Assembly (NCBI GenBank): GCA_963775245.1
Contig: CAVZID010000037.1
Coordinates: forward strand, 3,175-67,174
Source of the DNA: an uncultured Bacteroidota bacterium
Lineage (GTDB): Bacteria > Bacteroidota > Ignavibacteria > Ignavibacteriales > Ignavibacteriaceae
Direction of reading: 5' to 3'
DNA length: 64,000 bases
The notes below the pieces were generated by a model. That model searched no databases, had not been told where the DNA came from, and was given only the letters and a program-made list of their open reading frames with translations. Both the position numbers and the translations under genes were made by a program. Of the stretch, positions 28,858-37,977 are shown in pieces; position 1 is the stretch's first letter; each line of letters opens with the position of its first letter.

Positions 28858-29616
28858 TTACACAAAACTCTTGCCCGTAACAAGAGCATAGTGTTCAATT
28901 TTCATATTTTCGGAAGACTGCTTTTGAGGGTTATATTCTTTCTCAAGCGCCATTTTCCACAAATAAAAATGAGAAAAAGTATGGCTAATCTTTTTTACTA
29001 AAAGATTAAACTTGCCGCTGGCTTCATACAAATCAGCATCTTCTTTATTACTCCAGATCGTTAGAGAAATAAATTCATCATCTTCGCTTGTGCTTTCGAT
29101 CAGATAAACATATTCGCAGCCTTGAACGGCTTGTAGCTCAGGTATAATTATTTCTGTATATACTTTTTTAAACTCATCAATCTTTCCTTCTTGTATTTTT
29201 GCAGAGACTATTCTTAAATACATATTAGAATTTGAAATATTAAATTTCTCCGCTTCATTTTTCCGGGCTTGAACAGAATATTTTTTAATTACGGGTTCTT
29301 CTGAAACGGGGGCATACTCATATTCGCTATTATCAAAAAGATGAATTTTCCATTCTGCCGATTCAGTTAAATATGGTTTAGTCTCTTTTAAAAGTTCTTT
29401 AAATATTCCCTTATTCTCATAATTCTCGGCATAAATTTTCGTTTCCCAGAAAGTGATTGACACAAATTTATTCTCATTCGGACCGCTTTTTATCAATCCG
29501 GCAAAAAGGCATCCAGGTGTCCTTTGCAGCTTCGGAAAAACTATATACTCATAAAACTTCTTAAATTCGTTTATGAATTCAGGCTTTATCTCAATCTGAA
29601 AAAAGCGCATAAACAT
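28858..29616 (-). CDS. tandem ABM-like (dimeric alpha-beta barrel) domain protein
   Basis: Two internal repeats of ~100 aa share the pattern (I/V)x(I/A)KxxxxxEFKKxYxxxxxPxLQxxxGC...(V/I)S(I/L)T(F/I)W. Confidence 0.5.
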   Translation of the reverse strand: MFMRFFQIEIKPEFINEFKKFYEYIVFPKLQRTPGCLFAGLIKSGPNENKFVSITFWETKIYAENYENKGIFKELLKETKPYLTESAEWKIHLFDNSEYEYAPVSEEPVIKKYSVQARKNEAEKFNISNSNMYLRIVSAKIQEGKIDEFKKVYTEIIIPELQAVQGCEYVYLIESTSEDDEFISLTIWSNKEDADLYEASGKFNLLVKKISHTFSHFYLWKMALEKEYNPQKQSSENMKIEHYALVTGKSFV

Positions 29617-29985
29617 ATTCGAACTCCGTTCTGATAATTGAAATTAAAGTTTAAGCTTTTAAAATTTTGATTGCAATAGACGTAGTTTACTTAATAAACA
29701 TTTGCATTTAATTAAAAATAATTTTGACGCAAGTAATAAATTTTTCTTTCTTAATTTTTGAATAATCAGGTAAACTTAAAATAAAATACTTAAATCAAAG
29801 GTTTATGTTTTAAATCACCGGGTCAAATTTATTATCGAATAATTGCTTCCATTATGCAGAGTAGAAGTAGTCGAGAATTGAATCGGTTTTAAACTATGAA
29901 AAAAATAATTAAGATGTTATAAAATTAATTCACTATTTTGCAAAAGAATAATTTTTTACTAAAATCATCATTAAGAAGGGAAAAA

Positions 29986-30369
29986 ATGACATTTGAACAC
30001 TTTGCCTTAAATGTTTCTAAACCGGTTGAAATGGGCCAATGGTATATAGATAATTGCGAAATGAAGCTGGTTAAGTCAATGAATGATTATCCCTATACAA
30101 GATTTTTAGCTGATAAATCGGGACAGGTCGTTCTTGAAATTTATTCAAATACTTCTGCAAGAATTCCTGAATATAATAAGCAGCATCCGCTTGAATTTCA
30201 TTTTGCATTGAAGGTTGAAAACCCTGTTGAAATAAAAGATAAATTAATTGCAGCCGGGGCAAAAGTTGAAGAAGAAATTAAGCTTGATGACGGTTCTCAT
30301 TTAATTATGCTGCGCGATCCTTTTGGTGTGCCGCTTCAATTATGTAAACGAGCAAAGCCTTTGGTTTAA
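29986..30369 (+). CDS. VOC/glyoxalase-family protein
   Basis: FEHFALNV at the start and LRDPFGVPLQL near the end are typical VOC beta-alpha-beta-beta-beta modules. I prefer the ATG at 29986, which has GAAGGG upstream, over the TTG at 29938. Confidence 0.65.
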   Translation: MTFEHFALNVSKPVEMGQWYIDNCEMKLVKSMNDYPYTRFLADKSGQVVLEIYSNTSARIPEYNKQHPLEFHFALKVENPVEIKDKLIAAGAKVEEEIKLDDGSHLIMLRDPFGVPLQLCKRAKPLV

Positions 30370-30509
30370 CAAATTCTTAAGCTGTGTTAAAATGTTATCG
30401 AATAGTTTAATAATTCCTTTTGAAATTAACATTTTATTCAGTTTTAACTTCATTCTTTTTTTTCTATTTTTAATTTCAATTCACTAACTTTTTAGTAAGC
30501 AATTCTTAC

Positions 30510-31439
30510 ATGAAATATCTTATTGGAATTGACGGCGGAGGAACTAAAACACACTGTATAATAACCAATCTTGAAGGTAATTGCTTATATGAATGTTATG
30601 GTTCACCTTCCAATTTTTTAATTCTTGGAACTCAAAAAGTCTCCGAAACTATTCTGAATTTAGTTGATGAATGTAAATCAAAAGTTAACATTAATTATGA
30701 AGATATTGGCTGTGTATTAATCGGTACAACCGGTGCCGGAAGAAGAAGTGATGCTGAAAGATTGGAAGAAGCATTTAATGAATTCATTAAATTAAAAAAT
30801 ATTGAAATTAAAAATTTCAAAGTTGAAAGCGATGCACGTATTGCTCTTGAAGGAGCTTTTACTGGAAAGCCGGGAAGCATTTTAATTGCCGGAACAGGTT
30901 CTATTATATTTGGGAAAGATGCAGCAGGTAACATTCATCGTGTTGGCGGGTTTGGAAGATTTATTGGAGATGAAGGCAGCGGATATTCTATTGGAAGAAA
31001 AGCATTAACTGCAATTGCAAAAGAATTTGATGGAAGAGGAAGCAAAACAATTCTAACCAACCTCCTTAAAGAAAAATTTAAAATTGAAACTTCGGAAGAA
31101 TTAATTACACAGATTTACAAAAATAATTTCGATATAGCATCTGCCGCACCTTTAGCTTTACAAGCAGCGGAAATGAAAGATGAAATCGCTTTAAAAATTA
31201 TTCATGAAGAAACTGATGAACTAATTTCTCATATTTCAACAATGGCAAAAAATATTAATGAGCCGGTATTAAACACAGCTTTGATTGGCGGAATTATCAG
31301 CAGCGAAAATATTTATTCAAAAACATTAAGAAAGAAAGTAAAAGAAATATTACCGAAAGTAAATTTAACTTTGCCTGAAAATCCGCCAGAAGTTGGGGCT
31401 ATCTTAATGGCAAAAAAATTTGTGAAAAAACTTAAATGA
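30510..31439 (+). CDS. BadF/BadG/BcrA/BcrD-type ATPase, N-acetylglucosamine (or MurNAc/GlcNAc) kinase-like
   Basis: It has the N-terminal IGIDGGGTKT phosphate-1 motif, plus IAGTGS and GGFGRFIGDEGSG motifs. Confidence 0.8.
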   Translation: MKYLIGIDGGGTKTHCIITNLEGNCLYECYGSPSNFLILGTQKVSETILNLVDECKSKVNINYEDIGCVLIGTTGAGRRSDAERLEEAFNEFIKLKNIEIKNFKVESDARIALEGAFTGKPGSILIAGTGSIIFGKDAAGNIHRVGGFGRFIGDEGSGYSIGRKALTAIAKEFDGRGSKTILTNLLKEKFKIETSEELITQIYKNNFDIASAAPLALQAAEMKDEIALKIIHEETDELISHISTMAKNINEPVLNTALIGGIISSENIYSKTLRKKVKEILPKVNLTLPENPPEVGAILMAKKFVKKLK

Positions 31440-31446
31440 ATTAATT

Positions 31447-31567
31447 AGGGGCTGTCTCAAAAGATTAGATTTGTCAGTCTGAGCTTGTCGAAGACGAACT
31501 TTTTAGAATAAATTCACACTTCGATAAACTCAGTGTGACAGTAAAAATTACTTTTGAGACAGCCTCT
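31447..31567. repeat. 121-nt nested imperfect palindrome (REP/MITE-like structured element)
   Basis: The outer arms AGGGGCTGTCTCAAAAG (31447-31463) and CTTTTGAGACAGCCTCT (31551-31567) match 16/17. The inner arms TGTCAGTCTGAGCTTGTCGAAG (31472-31493) and CTTCGATAAACTCAGTGTGACA (31519-31540) match 18/22. Confidence 0.7.
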
Positions 31568-31635
31568 AATATTTAATTTATTAGTAAAGATTAAATTATA
31601 AAAATAAATTATCTTGAAATACCCGGAGACAAATA

Positions 31636-32934
31636 ATGGCATTAGCAAAACCTGAAAAAAGAAATCCCTGGGCTTGGGTTCCAACTTTATATTTTGCTGA
31701 AGGTGTACCGTATATTATTGTTAATGTTGTTTCAGTGGCATTCTATAAAAAAATGGGTATTTCAAATACTGATATTGCACTTTATACCAGCCTGCTTTAT
31801 CTGCCCTGGGTTGTAAAGCCTTTATGGAGCCCATCTATTGATATGTTAAAAACCAAACGTTTTTGGATTCTGATTATGCAATTGATTTTAGGTGGAGGCC
31901 TGGTTGGATTAACAATTTTTGCTACGTCATCCAACTTCTTTTTATACACATTAATTTTTTTCTGTCTTATTGCTTTTGGTTCTGCCACGCATGATATAGC
32001 CGCTGACGGCTTTTATATGATTGGACTTAATGAAAAACAGCAGGCATTTTTTGTCGGAATTAGAAGCACCTTTTATAGAATTGCTATGTGGGCAGGTCAG
32101 GGTTTATTATTAATTATTGCTGGTTACTTTGAAGCCACAACCGGCAACATTCCATTATCATGGCAATATACTTTTATTATGATAACTGTTTTATACCTTG
32201 CCATATTTGTGTACCATAATTTTTTACTTCCTTTCCCTAAAACCGACAAGCCTGCGGTAAGTGATAAAGGGCAGCTTTCTGAATTTATAAAAATCTTCAA
32301 ATTATTTTTTGAAAAAGATAATATTGGTATTGCCATAACATTTTTGCTTATTTTTAGATTCGGTGAAGCACAGTTATTAAAACTTGCGCAGCCGTTTTTT
32401 CTTGACCCTATAAATAAAGGAGGACTTGGACTTTCATTAGAACAGATTGGAGTTGCTTATGGAACCTTCGGAATTATTGCTTTATTATTAGGTGGGATTC
32501 TTGGTGGAATTGTAGTCTCAAGAGATGGTTTGAAGAAATGGATTTGGTGGATGTTCGCAGCTATTAATATTCCGCATGTTGTTTATATTTTTCTAGCATT
32601 TGTTCAGCCCGGTAATATTTATCTCATATCTATATGCATCGTCGGGGAGCAATTTGGCTACGGATTTGGTTTTACAGCTTATATGTTATACATGATTTAT
32701 GTTTCGCAGGGCGAATTTAAAACTTCCCACTTTGCAATATGCACTGGTTTTATGGCTTTGAGCATGATGCTGCCAGGTGCTTTTAGCGGAATGATTGAAG
32801 AGTTTTTAGGATATAAATTTTTCTTTGTTTGGGTTTTTATTACGATGATTCCCGGTTATTTTATAGTTAGAGCATTACCATTTGACCCTGAATTTGGAAA
32901 GAAATCTGAGGAGCAAAAAAATGTTTCGGCGTAA
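31636..32934 (+). CDS. ampG: AmpG-family MFS muropeptide permease
   Basis: The N-terminus NPWAWVPTLYFAEGVPY and the ATHDIAADGFY motif are typical of AmpG. The protein has about 12-14 TM helices. Confidence 0.85.
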   Translation: MALAKPEKRNPWAWVPTLYFAEGVPYIIVNVVSVAFYKKMGISNTDIALYTSLLYLPWVVKPLWSPSIDMLKTKRFWILIMQLILGGGLVGLTIFATSSNFFLYTLIFFCLIAFGSATHDIAADGFYMIGLNEKQQAFFVGIRSTFYRIAMWAGQGLLLIIAGYFEATTGNIPLSWQYTFIMITVLYLAIFVYHNFLLPFPKTDKPAVSDKGQLSEFIKIFKLFFEKDNIGIAITFLLIFRFGEAQLLKLAQPFFLDPINKGGLGLSLEQIGVAYGTFGIIALLLGGILGGIVVSRDGLKKWIWWMFAAINIPHVVYIFLAFVQPGNIYLISICIVGEQFGYGFGFTAYMLYMIYVSQGEFKTSHFAICTGFMALSMMLPGAFSGMIEEFLGYKFFFVWVFITMIPGYFIVRALPFDPEFGKKSEEQKNVSA

Positions 32935-34099
32935 AAATATTTTATTGTCGTTTCTATTAATCTTACTTTTTCTTTTTTTTCAAAATGCAGTCATATTAAA
33001 AAGTAAAGAAGCTAAACTAAGTACAATTAATTTTGACAAAGTTGATAAAGTTGTTGAAACAGCAATTAAAGATTCTGCTTTCCCTGGTGCGGTTCTTTTA
33101 ATTTCTAAAGATGGGCATACTATTTATCAAAAAGCTTACGGCCATTACACTTATAACGATTCTTCACCTCTTATGAAAATAAGTACCATATTTGATCTTG
33201 CTTCAGTATCAAAAGTTATATCAACAACTACGTGCACAATGATCTGCTATGATAGAGGATTATTTAAGCTTGATGATAAAGTCTCTAAATACATTCCGGC
33301 TTTTGGCCATAATGGGAAAGAAAATGTAACTATAAGAAATTTACTTGTTCATGACAGCGGCTTAAGGCCTGATATCAAATCATATAAAGCTTATGAAAAC
33401 TCGCCTCACCCTGAACAAGATATCCTAAATGAAATTTATTCTGATACTTTAATTTATCCTATCGGCACAAAAATGGTTTATTCAGATTTAAATATGATTA
33501 CTATGGCTAAAATTATTGAAAAAATTACCGGTAAAACATTGGATAAATTTGCTGATGAAGAGGTATTTAAACCTTTGGGAATGAATCATACAATGTATAA
33601 TCCACCTGCCTCAATAAAGGATAGTATTGCTCCTACTGAGACAGATAATTATTTTAGAAATAGACAGCTACAAGGTGAAGTTCACGATGAAACCTCGTTT
33701 TTAATGGGCGGAGTTGCCGGTCATGCCGGGTTATTCTCCAATGTAAATGATTTGGCTAAATTTTTGAAGATGCTTCTTAATAAGGGCTCTCTTAACGGTA
33801 AACAGCTAATAAAACCTGAAACCGTTAATTTGTTTATCAAACAGCAAAGTGATTTAAGTTCGCGGGCGTTGGGCTGGGATACAAAATCCACCGAGGGTTA
33901 TTCTTCTGCAGGCAAATACTTTAGCCCTTTATCTTATGGGCATACCGGCTTTACAGGAACCTCAGTTTGGACAGATCCCACAAGAAAATTAATCGTAATT
34001 TTTCTAACAAATAGAGTTTACCCAACAAGAAAGAATACGAAGATATTACAGGTTCGGCCTTTAGTTCATAATGCTGTTATAGAAGCTCTTGAAAAATAA
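32921..34099 (+). CDS. exported beta-lactamase-fold serine hydrolase (class C/PBP4*-like; candidate AmiE-type MurNAc-L-Ala amidase)
   Basis: It has a signal peptide, the SxxK motif SVSK (33203-33214), a YSD/YxN region and an HTGFTG box. I prefer the ATG at 32921 over the overlapping TTG at 32882. Confidence 0.75.
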   Translation: MFRRKNILLSFLLILLFLFFQNAVILKSKEAKLSTINFDKVDKVVETAIKDSAFPGAVLLISKDGHTIYQKAYGHYTYNDSSPLMKISTIFDLASVSKVISTTTCTMICYDRGLFKLDDKVSKYIPAFGHNGKENVTIRNLLVHDSGLRPDIKSYKAYENSPHPEQDILNEIYSDTLIYPIGTKMVYSDLNMITMAKIIEKITGKTLDKFADEEVFKPLGMNHTMYNPPASIKDSIAPTETDNYFRNRQLQGEVHDETSFLMGGVAGHAGLFSNVNDLAKFLKMLLNKGSLNGKQLIKPETVNLFIKQQSDLSSRALGWDTKSTEGYSSAGKYFSPLSYGHTGFTGTSVWTDPTRKLIVIFLTNRVYPTRKNTKILQVRPLVHNAVIEALEK

Positions 34100-34173
34100 T
34101 ATTCTCAAATAAAAAATATTATTCTCGATACTAATTCTATTGGTGACTAACAAGGTTTTGATAAGAATACCCT

Positions 34174-37092
34174 ATGGCAAAAAAACACTTTCGTAGTTCT
34201 ATAATTATTTGGGTTGTTTTGCTCGTTTTTTTTACGACATTTCCCACTTCGCTTAAAACATCGAAATTAAATTTCTTTGGAATTTTTATGGACAAGAAAT
34301 TTTCTAATTCAAAGAGTCTGGAAAACCCTTTGTTTGATTTAACATCTACGGAAGAAAGTTGGGTAGAAGAAAAATTAAATCACATGAGCACTTATGAAAA
34401 ATGCGCTCAAATGGTTATGCCCTGGGTTACTGGAGATTATCTTGCCGAAGATTCAAAAGAATATCAAAGATTAAAACATTTAGTTGAAGATGAAAAAGTC
34501 GGCGGATTAATTTTCTTTAAAGGAAATATTCTTAATGAAGCTTCTTTAATTAATAAAATGCAGAAGCTTGCCGATGTTCCACTTTTAATCTCATCTGATT
34601 TTGAACACGGGCTTGGAATGCGTTTAACAGACGGACTAAGTTTCCCTTATAATATGGCATTGGCAGCAACAGGAGATATTCAACTTGCTTACCAAATGGC
34701 TAAGATTGTTTCATTAGAAAGCCGTGCCTTAGGAGTTCAACAAAACTATGCGCCGGTTGCCGATGTTAATAACAATCCATTAAATCCTATCATAAATATC
34801 CGTTCGTATTCGGAGAATAAAGATATTGTATCAAAATTTACTTCAGCATTTATAAGAGGTGAATCCGAAGAAAGAGTATTATCCACAGCAAAACATTTCC
34901 CGGGACATGGAAATACTGAAATAGATTCGCATACAGACATGCCTAAAATCTCTGTTGATAAATATAATATTGCCAATATTGAATTGGCACCTTTTGAAGC
35001 AGCAATAAATGCAGGTGTTAAATCTGTAATGGTTGGCCATTTAAATGTTCCGGCTCTCGATCCCAGCGGTGTTCCGGCGACACTTTCAAAAAGGATTATA
35101 ACTGATCTTTTGAAACACGAAATGGGATTTAAAGGATTAGTTGTTACAGATGCAATGAACATGAACGCAATTACAAAATATTATTCTGTAGCGGAAGCAA
35201 CTGTAAAAGCAGTGCAGGCAGGGAATGATATAATCCTAATGCCGCCGGATGAAGAGATTGCTATTAATTCTATTTACGAAGCAGTTGAAGATAATGAAAT
35301 CAGTATTGATAGAATTAATGAAAGTGTTAAGAAAATTCTTACTGCAAAAAAATGGCTGCAGATTGAAAGAAATAAATTTTCAGATCTTGATAATTTAAAT
35401 AAAGTTATAGGTATTGGATCACACCAGAAATTAGCTGAAGAAATTGCTGTTAAATCTATAACGCTTGTAAAGAATGATGATAAAATAATTCCGGTTGATC
35501 CAGTTAAAGTTCGTAGAGCAGCTTGTATTTCAATCACAGAAAGTGATAATAATGAATCGGAGAAAATATTCGAAAGTGAAATTGAAGGCAAGTTTACTAA
35601 TCTTCAAAAAATATTTTTAACTAAAAAAAGTAAAAAGAGAGATTACCGCAGAGCATATAATATTGCAAAAAGTTCAAGTTTGATAATACTCCCCTCTTAT
35701 GTAAGAGTAAAAGCTTATGAAGGGACTGTTAGTTTATCTAAAACCAATACTGAGTTTATTAAAAAAATTCTAAAGCTTAAAACGCCTTCGGTAGTAATTA
35801 GTTTTGGAAATCCATATTTGCTTTCCATGTTTCCGGAAGCTTCAACTTACCTTTGTGCTTACGGTGATGTTCCTGTTTCTCAAGAGGCAATGGCTGAAGC
35901 AATAGTTGGAGAAAATAAAATTCAAGGAAGACTTCCGATTTCAATTCCCAATACAGACTATATTGTCGGCGATGGAATTAAGGTAGAAAGTTCAACTCTA
36001 AAATATGTTGAAGGTGGAGTAGATTTAAATTATAATTTTGCACCTGTTGAAGGAGCCATGAATCAAGCAATTGACAGTAAAATTTTTCCTGGCGGAGTTT
36101 TATTAATCGGCAAAGAAGGAAAAGTAATTTACGAAAAAGCATTCGGTAATTTTAATTATGAAAAGTCTTCAACCAAGATGACAACAGATGCTATATTTGA
36201 TCTCGGTAATATTTCCGAAGCAGTTGCTACCACAACTGCCGCCATGCTTTTAAATGACTGGGGAATATTAAAGTTAAATAAAAAAGTTTCAGATTATTTA
36301 CCAGAATTTGAAAACAATGGTAAAGGAAAAATCAAAATAAAAAATCTGCTGCTGCATAATTCAGGATTGATTGATGATAGAGATTTTTTTGCTCTTCATA
36401 AAAACAAAGAAGAATTACTTGATTCAATTATGAATGATAAAATTGCCTATGAAACAGAAACAAAATCCGTTTATAGTACAATAAATATGAATTTACTTCT
36501 GCAAGTGATTGAAAAGATTGCCGGAGAAAATATTGATGATTTGCTTAAAGAAAATATTTTTAATCCTTTAAAGATGAACCGTACGATGTATAATCCCCCG
36601 AAGGAATTATATTACTATTGCCCGCCAACCAGCGATGATTTTGCTTCAAAGAAACGCAACAAAGGTGTAGCTTATGACGGCAATACTTTTTTGCTTGATG
36701 GCATTTCCGGAAGCTCCGGACTTTTTTCAACAGCAGAAGATCTTGCAACATTTATGCAAATGATGCTGCAAGATGGATCTTATGGTGACCAACAATATTT
36801 AAAATCATCAACTATTAAAAAGTGGCCAGAAGTTCAATCATTATTCAATTCACATGGATTAGGATGGGACACAAACTTGAATAAAAAATCATCAGCGGGA
36901 GAAATGTTATCTGAAAATTCATTTGGAAAATCAAGTAATACAGGCTGTTCGATATGGGCTGATAAAGATAAAAACATATTTGTAATTTTTCTTACTAACA
37001 GCATATACCCTGGTGAAAAGAATGATGAACTTGTTAAATTTGAACCTGAACTTCACAATAAAATAATTCAAACAATTTCAGAAAATTTATAG
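34174..37092 (+). CDS. nagZ: GH3 beta-N-acetylglucosaminidase (NagZ-like) fused to a C-terminal beta-lactamase-fold domain that lacks the SxxK catalytic motif
   Basis: The GH3 motifs are KHFPGHG and GLVVTDAMNM. The C-terminal ~340 aa align with the neighbouring serine hydrolase, but SVSK is replaced by NISE (36208-36219) and HTG by NTG. Confidence 0.85.
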   Translation: MAKKHFRSSIIIWVVLLVFFTTFPTSLKTSKLNFFGIFMDKKFSNSKSLENPLFDLTSTEESWVEEKLNHMSTYEKCAQMVMPWVTGDYLAEDSKEYQRLKHLVEDEKVGGLIFFKGNILNEASLINKMQKLADVPLLISSDFEHGLGMRLTDGLSFPYNMALAATGDIQLAYQMAKIVSLESRALGVQQNYAPVADVNNNPLNPIINIRSYSENKDIVSKFTSAFIRGESEERVLSTAKHFPGHGNTEIDSHTDMPKISVDKYNIANIELAPFEAAINAGVKSVMVGHLNVPALDPSGVPATLSKRIITDLLKHEMGFKGLVVTDAMNMNAITKYYSVAEATVKAVQAGNDIILMPPDEEIAINSIYEAVEDNEISIDRINESVKKILTAKKWLQIERNKFSDLDNLNKVIGIGSHQKLAEEIAVKSITLVKNDDKIIPVDPVKVRRAACISITESDNNESEKIFESEIEGKFTNLQKIFLTKKSKKRDYRRAYNIAKSSSLIILPSYVRVKAYEGTVSLSKTNTEFIKKILKLKTPSVVISFGNPYLLSMFPEASTYLCAYGDVPVSQEAMAEAIVGENKIQGRLPISIPNTDYIVGDGIKVESSTLKYVEGGVDLNYNFAPVEGAMNQAIDSKIFPGGVLLIGKEGKVIYEKAFGNFNYEKSSTKMTTDAIFDLGNISEAVATTTAAMLLNDWGILKLNKKVSDYLPEFENNGKGKIKIKNLLLHNSGLIDDRDFFALHKNKEELLDSIMNDKIAYETETKSVYSTINMNLLLQVIEKIAGENIDDLLKENIFNPLKMNRTMYNPPKELYYYCPPTSDDFASKKRNKGVAYDGNTFLLDGISGSSGLFSTAEDLATFMQMMLQDGSYGDQQYLKSSTIKKWPEVQSLFNSHGLGWDTNLNKKSSAGEMLSENSFGKSSNTGCSIWADKDKNIFVIFLTNSIYPGEKNDELVKFEPELHNKIIQTISENL

Positions 37093-37102
37093 AATATTTT
37101 TA

Positions 37103-37405
37103 ATGAAACATTTCGTTATCTCAATTACTTACACTGCACAATTAGAGAAAATAGATGAAATTCGACCGAACCACAGAAAATTTTTACAAATAGGATATGA
37201 CATTGGATTTATATTATGCTCAGGCCCGCGAAATCCAATGACCGGCGGAATTGTAATAGCACGTGCCGAAAGTAAAGATGAAATAGAATTGTTATTTCAA
37301 AAAGATCCTTATCAAATTAATAAATTAGCAAACTACGAATTCATAGAATTCAACCCGGTTAAACACCAAGAGTTTTTATCCGATTGGGTAAATAAAGAAA
37401 TGTAA
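37103..37405 (+). CDS. YciI-like protein
   Basis: The 100-aa protein has the pattern HFVISITY...RPNHRKFL...GGIVIARAESKDEIELLFQKDPY typical of YCII-related domains. Confidence 0.75.
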   Translation: MKHFVISITYTAQLEKIDEIRPNHRKFLQIGYDIGFILCSGPRNPMTGGIVIARAESKDEIELLFQKDPYQINKLANYEFIEFNPVKHQEFLSDWVNKEM

Positions 37406-37735
37406 ATGCGCAAGTTTAGTCCCGTTGAGTTTGGTAATTCGAAGCTTATTAATTTACAATAGATATTCCTCTCCTATTAGAAAATTTATTAAAAATTCTG
37501 ACTGTTAAAATAAGTATCCTTTTTTTTCAGTATTTCTAATCCCGGAGGGATTAAATGTTTGTAACTATTCAAACCACAAAAGACCACGACAACTCCTTTA
37601 GGAGTTGAACATACGTAAAGTAATTAGGTTCTTCTTTCATCTTTATTTAATCACACTTATTATTTTTCAAACTAAAATAAGAAATATTTATTTGTATTTT
37701 TAATTATTCAATTTTTATAATTAAAGAAAATCATC

Positions 37736-37930
37736 ATGTCTTTAAAAAGGTCAAATAATAAAATGATTGCAGGTGTTTGCGGCGGAATTGCTGAATGGCT
37801 TCACTGGGATCCTACTGTCGTAAGGATCGGTTATATTCTTCTTTCAGTGTTAAGCGCAGCATTTCCAGGTATATTGGTTTATATAATTTTATGGGCAATA
37901 ATGCCCACAGCGGATTCAGAAGGATTATAA
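37736..37930 (+). CDS. PspC-domain membrane protein
   Basis: The motif KMIAGVCGGIAEWLHWDPTVVRIGYILL followed by a TM helix is the canonical PspC domain. Confidence 0.8.
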   Translation: MSLKRSNNKMIAGVCGGIAEWLHWDPTVVRIGYILLSVLSAAFPGILVYIILWAIMPTADSEGL

Positions 37931-37977
37931 AGAAATTTTAAGCCGCGATTTTCATTGCTGACAAGAAAGGATGAAAT

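Noticed and set aside
37530-37615. Two short stem-loops (AATCCCGGAGGGATT and CAACTCCTTTAGGAGTTG) in the 330-nt spacer upstream of the PspC-domain gene, considered as a tRNA fragment, riboswitch or attenuator
   Set aside because: There is no tRNA cloverleaf or T-loop consensus and no riboswitch core that I recognise. The stems are only 6-7 bp and could arise by chance or be remnants of a small repeat.
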